Origin: an uncultured Eubacteriales bacterium
Lineage (GTDB): Bacteria > Bacillota > Clostridia > Christensenellales > CAG-917
Reading direction: 5' to 3'
Length of the DNA stretch: 64,000 nt
Assembly: GCA_900549225.1 (NCBI GenBank)
Contig: URNP01000003.1
Span: 17,264-81,263 of the forward strand
The translations under genes were made by a program, and so were the position numbers. Shown one piece after another: positions 18,391 through 27,815 of the stretch (within the stretch, counting starts at the first letter, position 1; each line of letters starts with the position of its first letter). Below the pieces are notes generated by a model that was given only the letters and a program-made list of their open reading frames with translations, was not told the origin of the DNA and did not search any database.

Positions 18391-19383
18391 TCAATAACCG
18401 TAGATGCAAGAAAATGCGACGAGCAAGACGACGAGGCAGTACATAACGCTGTCGATTCTGTCCATAAATCCGCCGTGACCCGGGAAAATCTTGCCGTAGT
18501 CTTTGATGCCGATTGCGCGCTTGATGCGTGACGCCGCAAGGTCGCCGAGTTCGCTTATAACGCCGCAGACGAGTCCGATTGCAAGGTATACGAGCGCGCT
18601 CTTCCATTGCCAACCGCTTATATCGTGCTTAAAGAACGCCGTGTAGCCGCAACCTTGAATAAAGGTGGGATATTTGTCGGCAAAAAGTTCAAATACGAGC
18701 CAGAAAAGCAAGGATACGACCATGCCGCCGACAAGTCCGCCTACACCGCCCGCAACCGTCTTTTTGGGACTGATTTTCGGGCAAAGTTTCTTGCCGCCGA
18801 TCATCGAGCCAAACCAGTAGGCAAACGTGTCGCTGCCGATGATCGGAACGAGTATGGCAAACAAAACCGCAAACAACGCGCTGTATTTGTAACTCACGAT
18901 CCACGCACTCATAAGGAATAGCGTGGGATAAACGAGAATGAATACGTTTGCGAGCAAATCTTTGAGTTCGCAAGCATTGGACGAATCGAGTTCAAGGTCA
19001 ATACCCTGCTCTTTTGCGTCGTCGACTTCTTTTTGAGTGTGTTTTGCAGGCTTGAACGTGAATATCGTGAGCGCAAGCATCGAACTTGCAAGCAATACGA
19101 TGAGCAAGCCTTGAATCCCTGCACTCGTTTGAGTCGAGCCACCGCCGACGAAGCGTTGCATCGTGTAATAAACGGGATATGCCGCAACGAGCATAAGCAC
19201 GACGGGCGCAACGAACATTTTGTAGCCTGCGTCCTTGAAGCATTTGAACATTTCGTACACAGATCCCGCAAGGAAAAGCAAGATCAGCATGTCCACAAAA
19301 ATCGGGCTGACGAAATAACCGCAGACCATAAAGCCTGCTACCAATACCAAAAGCACAAGCGCCGTTATCGTTCTTTTGAGCAT
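18391..19383 (-). CDS. cdsA: phosphatidate cytidylyltransferase
   Basis: ORF 18391-19488 with start taken at ATG 19383 (MLKRTITALV...). Multi-TM. Signature SRIKRAIGIKDYGKIFPGHGGFMDRID. Confidence 0.9.
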   Translation of the reverse strand: MLKRTITALVLLVLVAGFMVCGYFVSPIFVDMLILLFLAGSVYEMFKCFKDAGYKMFVAPVVLMLVAAYPVYYTMQRFVGGGSTQTSAGIQGLLIVLLASSMLALTIFTFKPAKHTQKEVDDAKEQGIDLELDSSNACELKDLLANVFILVYPTLFLMSAWIVSYKYSALFAVLFAILVPIIGSDTFAYWFGSMIGGKKLCPKISPKKTVAGGVGGLVGGMVVSLLFWLVFELFADKYPTFIQGCGYTAFFKHDISGWQWKSALVYLAIGLVCGVISELGDLAASRIKRAIGIKDYGKIFPGHGGFMDRIDSVMYCLVVLLVAFSCIYGY

Positions 19384-19504
19384 AAACACCTCATAGCGCA
19401 AGTCGCATACGTGCAAATTTGCGCTTTGCAAACCGTTTAAGTTTGCAAAAATATCCGAATATAAAAGGAAAAATCGGATTTTTGCCATATAGGCGTAAAA
19501 TCCC

Positions 19505-20158
19505 TCACTTTCCGAATTTTCTCACACGCTTATCGAAATCGTCGAGAATTTTGTCAACGTCGCTCTCGTCCATATCCGGCCACATTTTGTCGAGGAACAT
19601 AAGTTCGGAATAAGCGGATTCGTAAAGCATAAAGTTTGAAAGGCGCATCTCGCCGCCGCTTCTCACAACCAAGTCCAAAGGCGGTAAGTGAGATGAGGAA
19701 AGATGCTTTTCAAACGTGTCTTCAAGAAATTCGCCGTGGTCGTAGGCTACTTTCGCCGCGTGCAATATGTCCGCTCTGCCGCCGTAATTGAAGGCAATAT
19801 TGAGCCACATTCCCTCGTTGTCGCGCGTTTTCTCTTCGACTTGCTCGATAGACGAGGAAAGTTTGTCGTCAAGAGAATCAAAATCGCCCATATAGGAAAT
19901 CTTATAGTCGCCGTCGTAGGTCAAATTGAACTTTTCGACCACTTTGAAGATCGCCTGCAATTCTTCCTCGGGCCGATTGAGATTTTCCGTTGACAAAGCA
20001 TAGACGGAAACCGCTTCGACGCCGCGCTCACTGCATCTTTTTGCAACTCGATAAAGGGCTACGAGTCCGTGTGCATAACCCTCCGCGCGCGACATGCCGT
20101 GAGCAAGCGCCCACCTGCCGTTTCCGTCCATTATAAATCCAATATGTTTTGCTCCCAT
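19505..20158 (-). CDS. uppS: isoprenyl transferase (undecaprenyl diphosphate synthase)
   Basis: 217 aa with the MDGNGRWA motif. Start overlaps the frr stop (TGATG). Confidence 0.94.
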   Translation of the reverse strand: MGAKHIGFIMDGNGRWALAHGMSRAEGYAHGLVALYRVAKRCSERGVEAVSVYALSTENLNRPEEELQAIFKVVEKFNLTYDGDYKISYMGDFDSLDDKLSSSIEQVEEKTRDNEGMWLNIAFNYGGRADILHAAKVAYDHGEFLEDTFEKHLSSSHLPPLDLVVRSGGEMRLSNFMLYESAYSELMFLDKMWPDMDESDVDKILDDFDKRVRKFGK

Positions 20159-20733
20159 CAGATGGAAAGAATCTCCTGTTCCTTTTCTTTGAAGAGTCTG
20201 TCGACTTCGTCGGTGTTTTTGGAAAGATTCTTGTCAACGTCCTCGGTGTAGTTCTTCAAATCGTCTTCGGTGATAACCGAGGATTTTTGAATCTTTTTGA
20301 GATCGTCGATTGCATCGCGACGAGCGTTTCTCATGACGATTTTGGATTCTTCAACGAGAGTTTTCGCCTCTTTGACGGTCGAGCGTCTGCGCTCTTCGGT
20401 GAGTTCGGGGAAAACGAGACGGATAACGTGACCGTCGTTGTTGGGATTGATGCCGATGTTTGCCGCCAAAATCGCTCTCTCAATGGCTTTGAGTTGAGAT
20501 TTATCCCAAGGTGAAATAACCAAAAGACGTGCTTCGGGAACGGATACGTTTGCCATATTGTTGATGGGCGTAGGCGTGCCGTAATAATCCACCACGACTT
20601 TGTCGAGAATGTGCGGATTTGCTCTGCCTGCGCGAATGGAGCGCAATTCGGAGATATAGTTTTGCATTGTTTTGTCGATTTTTTCGTTCATTTCGTCGAA
20701 GATAAGATCGACTTCGTCAATACCGTAAGACAT
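20158..20733 (-). CDS. frr: ribosome recycling factor
   Basis: 191 aa with full-length RRF resemblance. GGAGGA SD. Confidence 0.96.
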   Translation of the reverse strand: MSYGIDEVDLIFDEMNEKIDKTMQNYISELRSIRAGRANPHILDKVVVDYYGTPTPINNMANVSVPEARLLVISPWDKSQLKAIERAILAANIGINPNNDGHVIRLVFPELTEERRRSTVKEAKTLVEESKIVMRNARRDAIDDLKKIQKSSVITEDDLKNYTEDVDKNLSKNTDEVDRLFKEKEQEILSI

Positions 20734-20765
20734 ATTGTGTCCTCCATATTATAAATATTAAAATT

Positions 20766-20794
20766 ATTATAACAAAAGATAAGAAATAACGCAA
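20766..20794 (-). promoter_or_regulatory. sigma-A type promoter candidate for frr (TTGCGT-17-TATAAT, TGn extended)
   Basis: On the minus strand: TTGCGT (20794-20789), 17 nt ending TGT, TATAAT (20771-20766). Confidence 0.45.
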
Positions 20795-20885
20795 TAGCGA
20801 TTTGTGAATTAATAGTTAATAATAAATAATTAATAATTATGGAAAAATGAAAACCGCTTTCCCTTAAAATTGATGTAGAGATAAA

Positions 20886-21255
20886 AAGTGTGAAAGGCAC
20901 GACTTGAATTTAATACTAAAATGAAGAACACAAAACTATTTTTTTTACTTACAAAAACGCACCAAGCAGATGAATAACGAAGAAGAGCCTCACTTATAGG
21001 CAGGAGAGCGTAATAGCAGTCTTACTAAACCTCGATATTGAGATGAAGAACGTGAAAAGCACAGATAAATAATTGTATACTAAACGACGATATTTAGATG
21101 AAGAACTCAAAAATATTTTTTTTACTTACTAAACCTCGATATTGAGATGAAGAACGCGAAAGGCACGGCTTGAACCGAAACCCAACGTACATAGCGTACG
21201 TGATTTCGGGGCAAGTCGTGCCTGAAACAGTTGTTCGCTGAATAGCGTCGTTTAG
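20886..21255. repeat. modular hairpin-rich intergenic repeat element, copy 1 (pyrH-frr spacer)
   Basis: 27-nt module at 21025-21051, 21080-21106 and 21129-21155, with a truncated copy at 20916-20929 and an inverted copy at 21230-21255. Inner hairpin 21162-21180 / 21204-21222. About 90-nt module at 20935-24 shared with 24193-24279. Confidence 0.9.
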
Positions 21256-21968
21256 TGGATTAGAGTGCCGTTGTTGAGCCCACAAACAGCATTCCTAATA
21301 CTATCCTTCTCCATCAAGGCAAAGCAGACGATGGGGATCGAGTTGTCCATACACATGGTGATGGCGGTGGTGTCCATGGCTTTGAGACCTTTGGAGATGA
21401 CGTCCATGTAGGAGATTTCGTCAAACTTCTTGGCAGAGGGATTGGTCTTGGGGTCGGAATCGTAAACTCCGTCGACGTTTTTGGCAAGAAGGAGTGCATC
21501 TGCTCCGATTTCGCAGGCACGAAGCGCCGCGCCTGTGTCCGTGGAGAAATACGGATTGCCCGTGCCGCACGCAAAGATGACGATTCTGCCCTTTTCAAAG
21601 TGGCGAATTGCCTTGCGCAAAATGTACGGCTCGGCAACTTTGGTGATCGTGAGCGCGGTTTGCACTCTGACGGGTACGCCGAGTTGTTCGAGTTTGTCCT
21701 GAATTGCCAGAGCGTTCATAACGGTTGCGAGCATGCCCATATGGTCTGCGGTGGAACGGTTCATCTTATCGTCGGCTTGGCGGCCTCTCCAGAAGTTGCC
21801 TCCTCCGATAACGATACCCACGTCAACGCCCAAAGCCTTGACTTCCGCGATCTCTTTGCAAACGTAAGTGAGTTTTTCGGGATCGATACCCGTGCCGTTT
21901 GCGCCTGCAAGAGCCTCGCCCGAGAGTTTGATTATGACGCGTTTGTATTTTGGATTGAGTTGAGTCAT
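21252..21968 (-). CDS. pyrH: UMP kinase
   Basis: ORF 21252-22010 with start taken at ATG 21968 ([20 protein letters not shown]) after AGGGGA. Confidence 0.95.
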   Translation of the reverse strand: MTQLNPKYKRVIIKLSGEALAGANGTGIDPEKLTYVCKEIAEVKALGVDVGIVIGGGNFWRGRQADDKMNRSTADHMGMLATVMNALAIQDKLEQLGVPVRVQTALTITKVAEPYILRKAIRHFEKGRIVIFACGTGNPYFSTDTGAALRACEIGADALLLAKNVDGVYDSDPKTNPSAKKFDEISYMDVISKGLKAMDTTAITMCMDNSIPIVCFALMEKDSIRNAVCGLNNGTLIH

Positions 21969-22024
21969 ATTGTATATATCCCCTATTTTTCGAGCATCTA
22001 ATACGCTCAATCGTGATTTTGTCT

Positions 22025-22057
22025 AAAAAAAAGGAATGAATGAATCATTCCTTTTTT
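22025..22057. terminator. bidirectional rho-independent terminator after tsf
   Basis: AAGGAATGA-ATGAA-TCATTCCTT stem flanked by an A-run and a T-run. Confidence 0.85.
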
Positions 22058-22065
22058 CAAGTTGC

Positions 22066-22938
22066 TTATTTGTTGAGGTGTGCTTGAGCCATAACCTCGC
22101 CGACGAAATCGTCTTCTCTCTTTTGGAGACCTTCGCCCATTGCGTAACGAGTGAAACGAATGACGGTGACGTCGCCGTTTTGTTTGAGGTATTGTGCAAT
22201 CGTGATGTCGGGATTCTTGACGAATACTTGTTCGTTGAGGCAAACTTCTTTGTAGAATTTGTTGATTCTGCCAACGAGCATCTTCTCGATGATTGCTTCG
22301 GGCTTCTTGCTGTCCTCGTTCATTGCTTGCGCTTTGAGGATTTCTTTTTCGTGTTCGACTTCGCTTGCGGGCACTTCGTCACGGTTTACGTATTGTGCGT
22401 TTGCCGCTGCGATTTGGAGTGCGACGTCGTGAACGACTTCTTCGCTTGCGCCGTTGCTTGCTTCGACCATAACGCCGATCTTGCCGCCCATGTGGATATA
22501 GGTGTCAACGGTGGTGTCGTTTGCTTCGTATACGGTGAAACGACGGATGGAGAGTTTCTCGCCCATCTTCATAACGTATTCGTTGGTGACGGGTTGCATT
22601 GCCGCGATAACGTCTTCAACGGTTGCGTTGCTGTTGTCGAGGATATAGTCTGCGACTTTGCCAACGTACTCTTTGAACACAGGGCCGCCTGCGACGAAGT
22701 CAGACTCGCAGTTGACTTCCAAAAGGACGGATTTGCCGTTTTTGCTTGCTGCGAAAACGATGCCTTCCGCTGCGATACGCGCTTCTTTCTTTGCTGCGGT
22801 CGCCATGCCTTTTTCTCTCAAGAAATCGATTGCGGCTTCCATATCGCCGTCAGTTGCTACGAGAGCCTTTTTGCAGTCCATCATGCCCACGCCTGTGCGT
22901 TGACGAAGTTCCATAACATCTTTGCTTGTGAATGCCAT
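22066..22938 (-). CDS. tsf: translation elongation factor Ts
   Basis: 290 aa with N-terminal UBA-like motif ([19 protein letters not shown]). Follows rpsB. Confidence 0.96.
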   Translation of the reverse strand: MAFTSKDVMELRQRTGVGMMDCKKALVATDGDMEAAIDFLREKGMATAAKKEARIAAEGIVFAASKNGKSVLLEVNCESDFVAGGPVFKEYVGKVADYILDNSNATVEDVIAAMQPVTNEYVMKMGEKLSIRRFTVYEANDTTVDTYIHMGGKIGVMVEASNGASEEVVHDVALQIAAANAQYVNRDEVPASEVEHEKEILKAQAMNEDSKKPEAIIEKMLVGRINKFYKEVCLNEQVFVKNPDITIAQYLKQNGDVTVIRFTRYAMGEGLQKREDDFVGEVMAQAHLNK

Positions 22939-22966
22939 ATATATTCTCCTGTTTTTCGTTTTGAAA

Positions 22967-22991
22967 CCGCACGCAGTGCTACTGCGTGCGG
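22967..22991 (-). terminator. intercistronic hairpin (attenuator/terminator) between rpsB and tsf
   Basis: CCGCACGCAG-TGCTA-CTGCGTGCGG, a perfect 10-bp stem. Only a short U tract follows on the minus strand. Confidence 0.55.
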
Positions 22992-23007
22992 AAGATTTTT
23001 GAATTGA

Positions 23008-23841
23008 TTATTCTTGTGCTTCTTTTTCTGCGATTGCTTTCTCGAGTGCTTCTTCGGGAGTGAGAGCCTTCTCTTCTACCACGGGAGCAACTTCTTCAAC
23101 TTGAGGTGCGGGAACTTCTTCGGTTGCGCCTTCCTCTTTTTGAGGTGCTGTGAAAGATTCGCCTTGTTTTGCTTCGATGACTGCGTCTGCAATGATGGAC
23201 GCAAAGAGTTGGATTGCACGGATTGCGTCGTCGTTGCCGGGGATTACGTAATCGACGAGATCGGGATCGCAGTTGGTGTCGACGACTGCCACGATAGGAA
23301 TGTTGAGTTTGCGTGCTTCTCTGACTGCGTTCTCCTCTTTCTTGAGGTCAACTACGAACAAGCAGCCGGGCAAAGTGCGCATATTTTTGATACCGCCGAG
23401 GTTCTTCTCGAGGTCGTCACGCTCTTTCTTGAGTGCGGAAACTTCCTTCTTGGGGAGAAGTTCAAACTCGCCGATGAGTTCCATTTGATTGATTTTGTTC
23501 AAGCGATCGATTCTGGTGCGAATGGTCTTGAAGTTGGTGAGCGTACCGCCGAGCCATCTTTGGTTGATATAGAACATATCGCAACGCTCTGCTTCTTGCT
23601 TGATTGCGTCTTGGGCTTGTTTCTTCGTGCCGACGAAGAGAACGGATTTGCCGTCTTGAACGACGCTCTTGACGAATTGATAAGCGGCTTCTACGTGGTC
23701 AACGGAGATTTGAAGATCGATAATGTGAATATCGTTTCTCGTTGCATAGATGTACTTGCTCATTTTCGGGTTCCAACGTTTCGTTTGGTGTCCGAAGTGC
23801 ACGCCTGCTTCGAGCAGGGCTTTCATTGTTGTTACGGCCAT
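23008..23841 (-). CDS. rpsB: 30S ribosomal protein S2
   Basis: ORF 23008-23877 with start at ATG 23841 ([25 protein letters not shown]) after AGGAGG. E/A-rich C-terminal tail. Confidence 0.96.
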   Translation of the reverse strand: MAVTTMKALLEAGVHFGHQTKRWNPKMSKYIYATRNDIHIIDLQISVDHVEAAYQFVKSVVQDGKSVLFVGTKKQAQDAIKQEAERCDMFYINQRWLGGTLTNFKTIRTRIDRLNKINQMELIGEFELLPKKEVSALKKERDDLEKNLGGIKNMRTLPGCLFVVDLKKEENAVREARKLNIPIVAVVDTNCDPDLVDYVIPGNDDAIRAIQLFASIIADAVIEAKQGESFTAPQKEEGATEEVPAPQVEEVAPVVEEKALTPEEALEKAIAEKEAQE

Positions 23842-23940
23842 TGTTAGGTCCTCCTGAATTGTTTTTACCTCTCGCAAACTCGACGCGTAAACCTCCTGAC
23901 GGAACAGAATACACTCCTCTGCGATGCGGGTTCGTTTTGG

Positions 23941-23969
23941 ATTATATTATATATAAAAATTTTTTGCAA
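23941..23969 (-). promoter_or_regulatory. sigma-A type promoter candidate for rpsB-tsf (TTGCAA-17-TATAAT)
   Basis: On the minus strand: TTGCAA (23969-23964), 17 nt, TATAAT (23946-23941). Leader of about 90 nt. Confidence 0.5.
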
Positions 23970-24065
23970 ATATTTTATAGTGGAATTTCCAAAATTTTTG
24001 AGAATTATGTGAAATATTTTTTGCAAAATCGTGCTTTGGGTATTTTTGTTAATAAAATGCGCTGT

Positions 24066-24406
24066 TAAGATGAAGTACTCTAAAGTCAGGGATTGTAATT
24101 TAATGCTAAACGACGATATTCAGATGAAGAACGCGAAAGGCTCGGATAAATAATTGTATACTAAACGACGATATTCAAATGAAGAACGCGAAACTATTTT
24201 TTTACTTACCAAAACGCACCAAGCAGATGAATAACGAGGAAGAGCCTCACTTATAGGCAGGAGCGTAATAGCAGTCTTACTAAACGACGATATTTAGATG
24301 AAGAACAAGGAAGAGGCATCCGAATGGCAACCCTAATTTACTATGCGTAAATGAGTTGACAGGCGGATGCCTCTGACACAGTTGTTCGCTAAATAGCGTC
24401 GTTTAG
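24066..24406. repeat. modular hairpin-rich intergenic repeat element, copy 2 (DUF1292-rpsB spacer)
   Basis: 27-nt module at 24106-24132, 24161-24187 and 24280-24306, with an inverted copy at 24381-24406. Inner hairpin GAGGCATCCG 24313-24322 / CGGATGCCTC 24364-24373. 87-nt module at 24193-24279. Confidence 0.9.
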
Positions 24407-24759
24407 TGTTTGCAGTCGTGATGACAGCACGCACAATCGGAGTCATCGCATTCACAGCCTTCCATCTTCTCGACTTCTGCCATAAATTCGTCGAAAACTC
24501 TTTGCAAGAGCGCTTCGTCTTCGATTGCCATAAACACGTCGTTGCCGTCTTCGTTTTCGGCAATTTCGTAAATGAGAACTTCGTCTTCTTCGATATCGTC
24601 GAGTTTCTCGACGGGTTTCATAACCACAAACCATCTGTTGTCGACGTCAAGAGTTGCGAGATGATAGAAATCTTCGTCTCTGTCCGCGACTTCGTTGTAC
24701 AAAGTGATGATATCGTCGTCTTCGGTCGTATTGTTTTGGTCGTCAAAAAAATCTGCCAT
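24403..24759 (-). CDS. DUF1292 (YrzB-like) protein with Cys/His-rich C-terminal tail
   Basis: ORF 24403-24849 with start at ATG 24759 (MADFFDDQ...) after AGGAGA. Acidic DUF1292-like body directly after ruvX, as in Bacillus yrrK-yrzB. Confidence 0.78.
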   Translation of the reverse strand: MADFFDDQNNTTEDDDIITLYNEVADRDEDFYHLATLDVDNRWFVVMKPVEKLDDIEEDEVLIYEIAENEDGNDVFMAIEDEALLQRVFDEFMAEVEKMEGCECDDSDCACCHHDCKH

Positions 24760-24863
24760 AGTGTTTCTCCTTGCGATGCAAAGCGTCGTCGTTTGCATCC
24801 GATATTTTGATAGTAACATATTTTGCGCAATTTGCAAGCAAAATATCAAATCCTAAAAGATTT

Positions 24864-25286
24864 TCAGCGATGAGAATCGAGGAAAGATTGCAAAATTATG
24901 GTTGCGGCAACCTTGTCGATGACCTTTTTGCGTTTCTCCCTTCTCACGTCCGCGTCGATGAGCATACGCTCTGCCGAAACGGTGGTAAGTCGCTCGTCCT
25001 GATAGAGTACGGGCAATCCGCTCGCCTCTGCGAGCATATCGCCGAACTGCCTCGTCACGAGCGCTCTGTCCCCTTCCGTGCCGTCCATGTTTTTGGGAAG
25101 TCCGAGCACGAATGCGTCTGCATCCTCTTTTTTTGCGTAATCGCAAAAATATGCGATATCCGCATCGATATTATCCTTTTTTCTGACGTAGGTTTCGCGC
25201 GGATTTGCGGTTATGCCGAGCAAATCGCTCACAGCAACGCCTATACGGACGTCGCCCACGTCCAACGCTATCTTTCGTTTCATCAT
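24864..25286 (-). CDS. ruvX: Holliday junction resolvase-like nuclease RuvX (YqgF)
   Basis: ORF 24864-25391 with start at ATG 25286 (MMKRKIALDVGDVRIGVAVSD). ATGA overlap with the upstream permease stop. Confidence 0.9.
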   Translation of the reverse strand: MMKRKIALDVGDVRIGVAVSDLLGITANPRETYVRKKDNIDADIAYFCDYAKKEDADAFVLGLPKNMDGTEGDRALVTRQFGDMLAEASGLPVLYQDERLTTVSAERMLIDADVRREKRKKVIDKVAATIILQSFLDSHR

Positions 25287-27013
25287 CTCATCAACCTCCG
25301 TGAGCCGATATCGTTTTTGCGTGCTTTCGGTTTCGGCTTGTTCTCGCCTATAAACTCGTACCAAGCAAGCCCTAATTGCTTGAGCAGGCACAGTCCTACG
25401 ATAAGCACTATCGCGGAAAACAGAGTTGCTACCGCCCAGAATATAACCTTTATCGTCACCGCGCCCAAAGTTTCGGCAAACGAGGCAAGCACTATGCCTA
25501 ATACGAATAGCACGATTGCGGGAACTATCGAGGCAAACGCAGATATGATTTGATAGGTGTTTTGCGAGGCGCTTTTGATTTGCGACACCTGCTCCCAGTG
25601 TTGATTGCCCTTCTTCATATCGAAAAGTATGGACATACTGCAGATGCCGACTATCATCATAAGCGTGTCTATGCCGACGAACAGCGTGGATACGATATCG
25701 ATTTTGTAAAGCAACAGCGCGATAAGCATAATCGGCACGAGAATAACGCTCGGCACGATTATTGAAAGCAAAAGTTTGGCTTTTATGCTGTCTGCAGGCT
25801 TGATGGGCAACGTCTTGCTTGCAAAAAACGACTTGCCTTCCCTAGTGTACGCCATATTGGCAAGCATATTTGCACCGGCAAGAAATATCATCGAATACAT
25901 AACTACGAAGCCGATGCCTATCATCTCCGATACGAGCGACGACATTTCCTCTTCCGCTCCCGACTTGAAATCGGTGATAAAGTACATTACGACGATGAAA
26001 AGAGGCGCCATAAGCAAGTTGGCAAACGACGTCATAGCAAGCGAACTGTTGCGCATTATCGAGGTGAAATCCCTCTTCATAAGAGATACGACGACGTTGC
26101 TTTGCTTGAGCGTCGAACTCTTGGACTCGACGGATTGAGTGTTTTCGATTTTCTTTGCGTTGATACGTTTGTAAAACAAAGCCGAAAGCAACAGCATAAG
26201 CGCAATCATTCCGACGGTTATGGCGGCGGATATGCCGAAGTTTTTGCCCGCTTCGATGCCGAGGCAGAAACTTACGAGAACTTTGTCGGGATAAAGCACG
26301 TCGGCAAGCGTAGCAAGCGACGACAGTGCGCCTTGAGATATGACGACGTCGCCCTCTTGTCCGAATCCGCGCGTGTTCATATAGTAGACGAGCACCATGT
26401 ACCCCGCCATAAGCAACATATAGAACAAAATCACGAGTACGCTCTTGAGCGTGGGCTTGCCTTTGAAATACGAACCTATCCAAACAATCGGCATGGAAAG
26501 CACCGCAACGATAAACAACGGAAGTATCGGTGCAACGAGCAACAGGACGATTAGAAGCGGATAGAATCCGTAAAACATAAAACCATTGGCTACGTTAAAC
26601 GCTATTGCGCCGACGAGTACCGTGGGCAAAATTATCGTGGTTGAGAGTTCAAACGCGTTGACGTAGGTCATTGCGAATTTGGCGAAAAATATCGACGTTG
26701 GACGAAGCGGCAACGAGTTGAGAAAAGGTGTATCGTTCGAGCCGTAGAGCGTTGACACGATGGAAAACATCGACAAAAACAGAACCATAAGTTGCGTCGC
26801 GCCTACGATTGCAACAACGAGCAAAGAAAACTCTTTTACGGTTTTCAGGCTCACCGCCATAAAACCGACCGTTGCGGCAATCATTAGGATGAGCGGAAGC
26901 AAGGAAAGAAGCGCTTTCACGCCCGATGAAAGTTTTTTCTTGCCGTCTGCGCCCTCCGACCTCGCACTTGCGTTTCTGTACAAGGTTTTGAATACGATAA
27001 GAAAATCTCTCAT
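25283..27013 (-). CDS. ABC exporter permease, multi-TM (about 576 aa)
   Basis: ORF 25283-27031 (TTG) with ATG 27013 preferred after GAGG. At least 10 hydrophobic helices. Directly follows an ABC ATPase. Confidence 0.72.
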   Translation of the reverse strand: MRDFLIVFKTLYRNASARSEGADGKKKLSSGVKALLSLLPLILMIAATVGFMAVSLKTVKEFSLLVVAIVGATQLMVLFLSMFSIVSTLYGSNDTPFLNSLPLRPTSIFFAKFAMTYVNAFELSTTIILPTVLVGAIAFNVANGFMFYGFYPLLIVLLLVAPILPLFIVAVLSMPIVWIGSYFKGKPTLKSVLVILFYMLLMAGYMVLVYYMNTRGFGQEGDVVISQGALSSLATLADVLYPDKVLVSFCLGIEAGKNFGISAAITVGMIALMLLLSALFYKRINAKKIENTQSVESKSSTLKQSNVVVSLMKRDFTSIMRNSSLAMTSFANLLMAPLFIVVMYFITDFKSGAEEEMSSLVSEMIGIGFVVMYSMIFLAGANMLANMAYTREGKSFFASKTLPIKPADSIKAKLLLSIIVPSVILVPIMLIALLLYKIDIVSTLFVGIDTLMMIVGICSMSILFDMKKGNQHWEQVSQIKSASQNTYQIISAFASIVPAIVLFVLGIVLASFAETLGAVTIKVIFWAVATLFSAIVLIVGLCLLKQLGLAWYEFIGENKPKPKARKNDIGSRRLMR

Positions 27014-27020
27014 ATGCGCC

Positions 27021-27764
27021 TCATTCCGCAAAATGCTCGGTTGAAGTGTCGGTGAGTTTCAAGAACAAGTCCTCGAGAGATTTGTCTTTGTTTTTCTCTT
27101 TGAGTTCGTCTATATCGCAGGTGGCGATGAGGTGTCCGTCCTCGATTATGCCCACTCTGTCGCATACTTTTTCCACGACTTCGAGAACGTGCGAGGAGAA
27201 AAATACGCTGTTGCCCTTGTCGGCGTGCTCGCGCATAAGTTGCTTGAGGTTGTACGCAGAGCGTGGATCGAGCCCCGTCATCGGCTCGTCGAGAATCCAA
27301 ATTTTCGGCTCGTGTATGAGCGCGCCAATTATGTTGAGCTTTTGCTTCATCCCGTGCGAATAGGTGGAAATCTGCTTCTTCACCGCATCGGTCAAAGAGA
27401 AAAGTTCGCAATACTTGTCGAGCCTTTCCTGCCTTTGCGCCGTGGGAACTTCAAAGACGTCGCATATGAAATTAACATATTCTACGCCTGTCAACCCCTC
27501 GTACAAAACGTGGTCGTCGCTGACGTAGCCGATGAGTTTTTTCGCTTCGATGGGAGAGGCTTTGAGGTCGATACCGTCAACGGTGACTCTGCCTTCTTCA
27601 AAGGAGATAATGCCCGTGATGCTCTTTATCGTCGTGGATTTGCCTGCGCCGTTCGGTCCGATAAATCCGAAAATCTCGCCGTCGTTGACGGTGAGAGATA
27701 AATTTTCGACGGACGGCTTTTGATTGCCCGAATACGTTTTGGTTAAATTTTCGATCGTTAACAT
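27021..27764 (-). CDS. ABC transporter ATP-binding protein
   Basis: Walker A GPNGAGKST, signature YSHGMKQKL, Walker B ILDEPMTGLD. Confidence 0.92.
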   Translation of the reverse strand: MLTIENLTKTYSGNQKPSVENLSLTVNDGEIFGFIGPNGAGKSTTIKSITGIISFEEGRVTVDGIDLKASPIEAKKLIGYVSDDHVLYEGLTGVEYVNFICDVFEVPTAQRQERLDKYCELFSLTDAVKKQISTYSHGMKQKLNIIGALIHEPKIWILDEPMTGLDPRSAYNLKQLMREHADKGNSVFFSSHVLEVVEKVCDRVGIIEDGHLIATCDIDELKEKNKDKSLEDLFLKLTDTSTEHFAE

Positions 27765-27815
27765 ATTTCGCAGATGAAACGAATCAAAGATTCGTTATAA
27801 TTCATTTTTCGTTAT

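Noticed and set aside
20916-24306. Mini-ORFs starting ATGAAGAAC (MKN...) in every plus-strand copy of the 27-nt module, for example MKNAKGSDK and MKNVKSTDK
   Set aside because: No Shine-Dalgarno sequence precedes any of them. Indels between copies break the reading frames, so conservation is at the nucleotide level, and the lengths are only 8-25 codons. The ATG is most simply part of the repeat arm.
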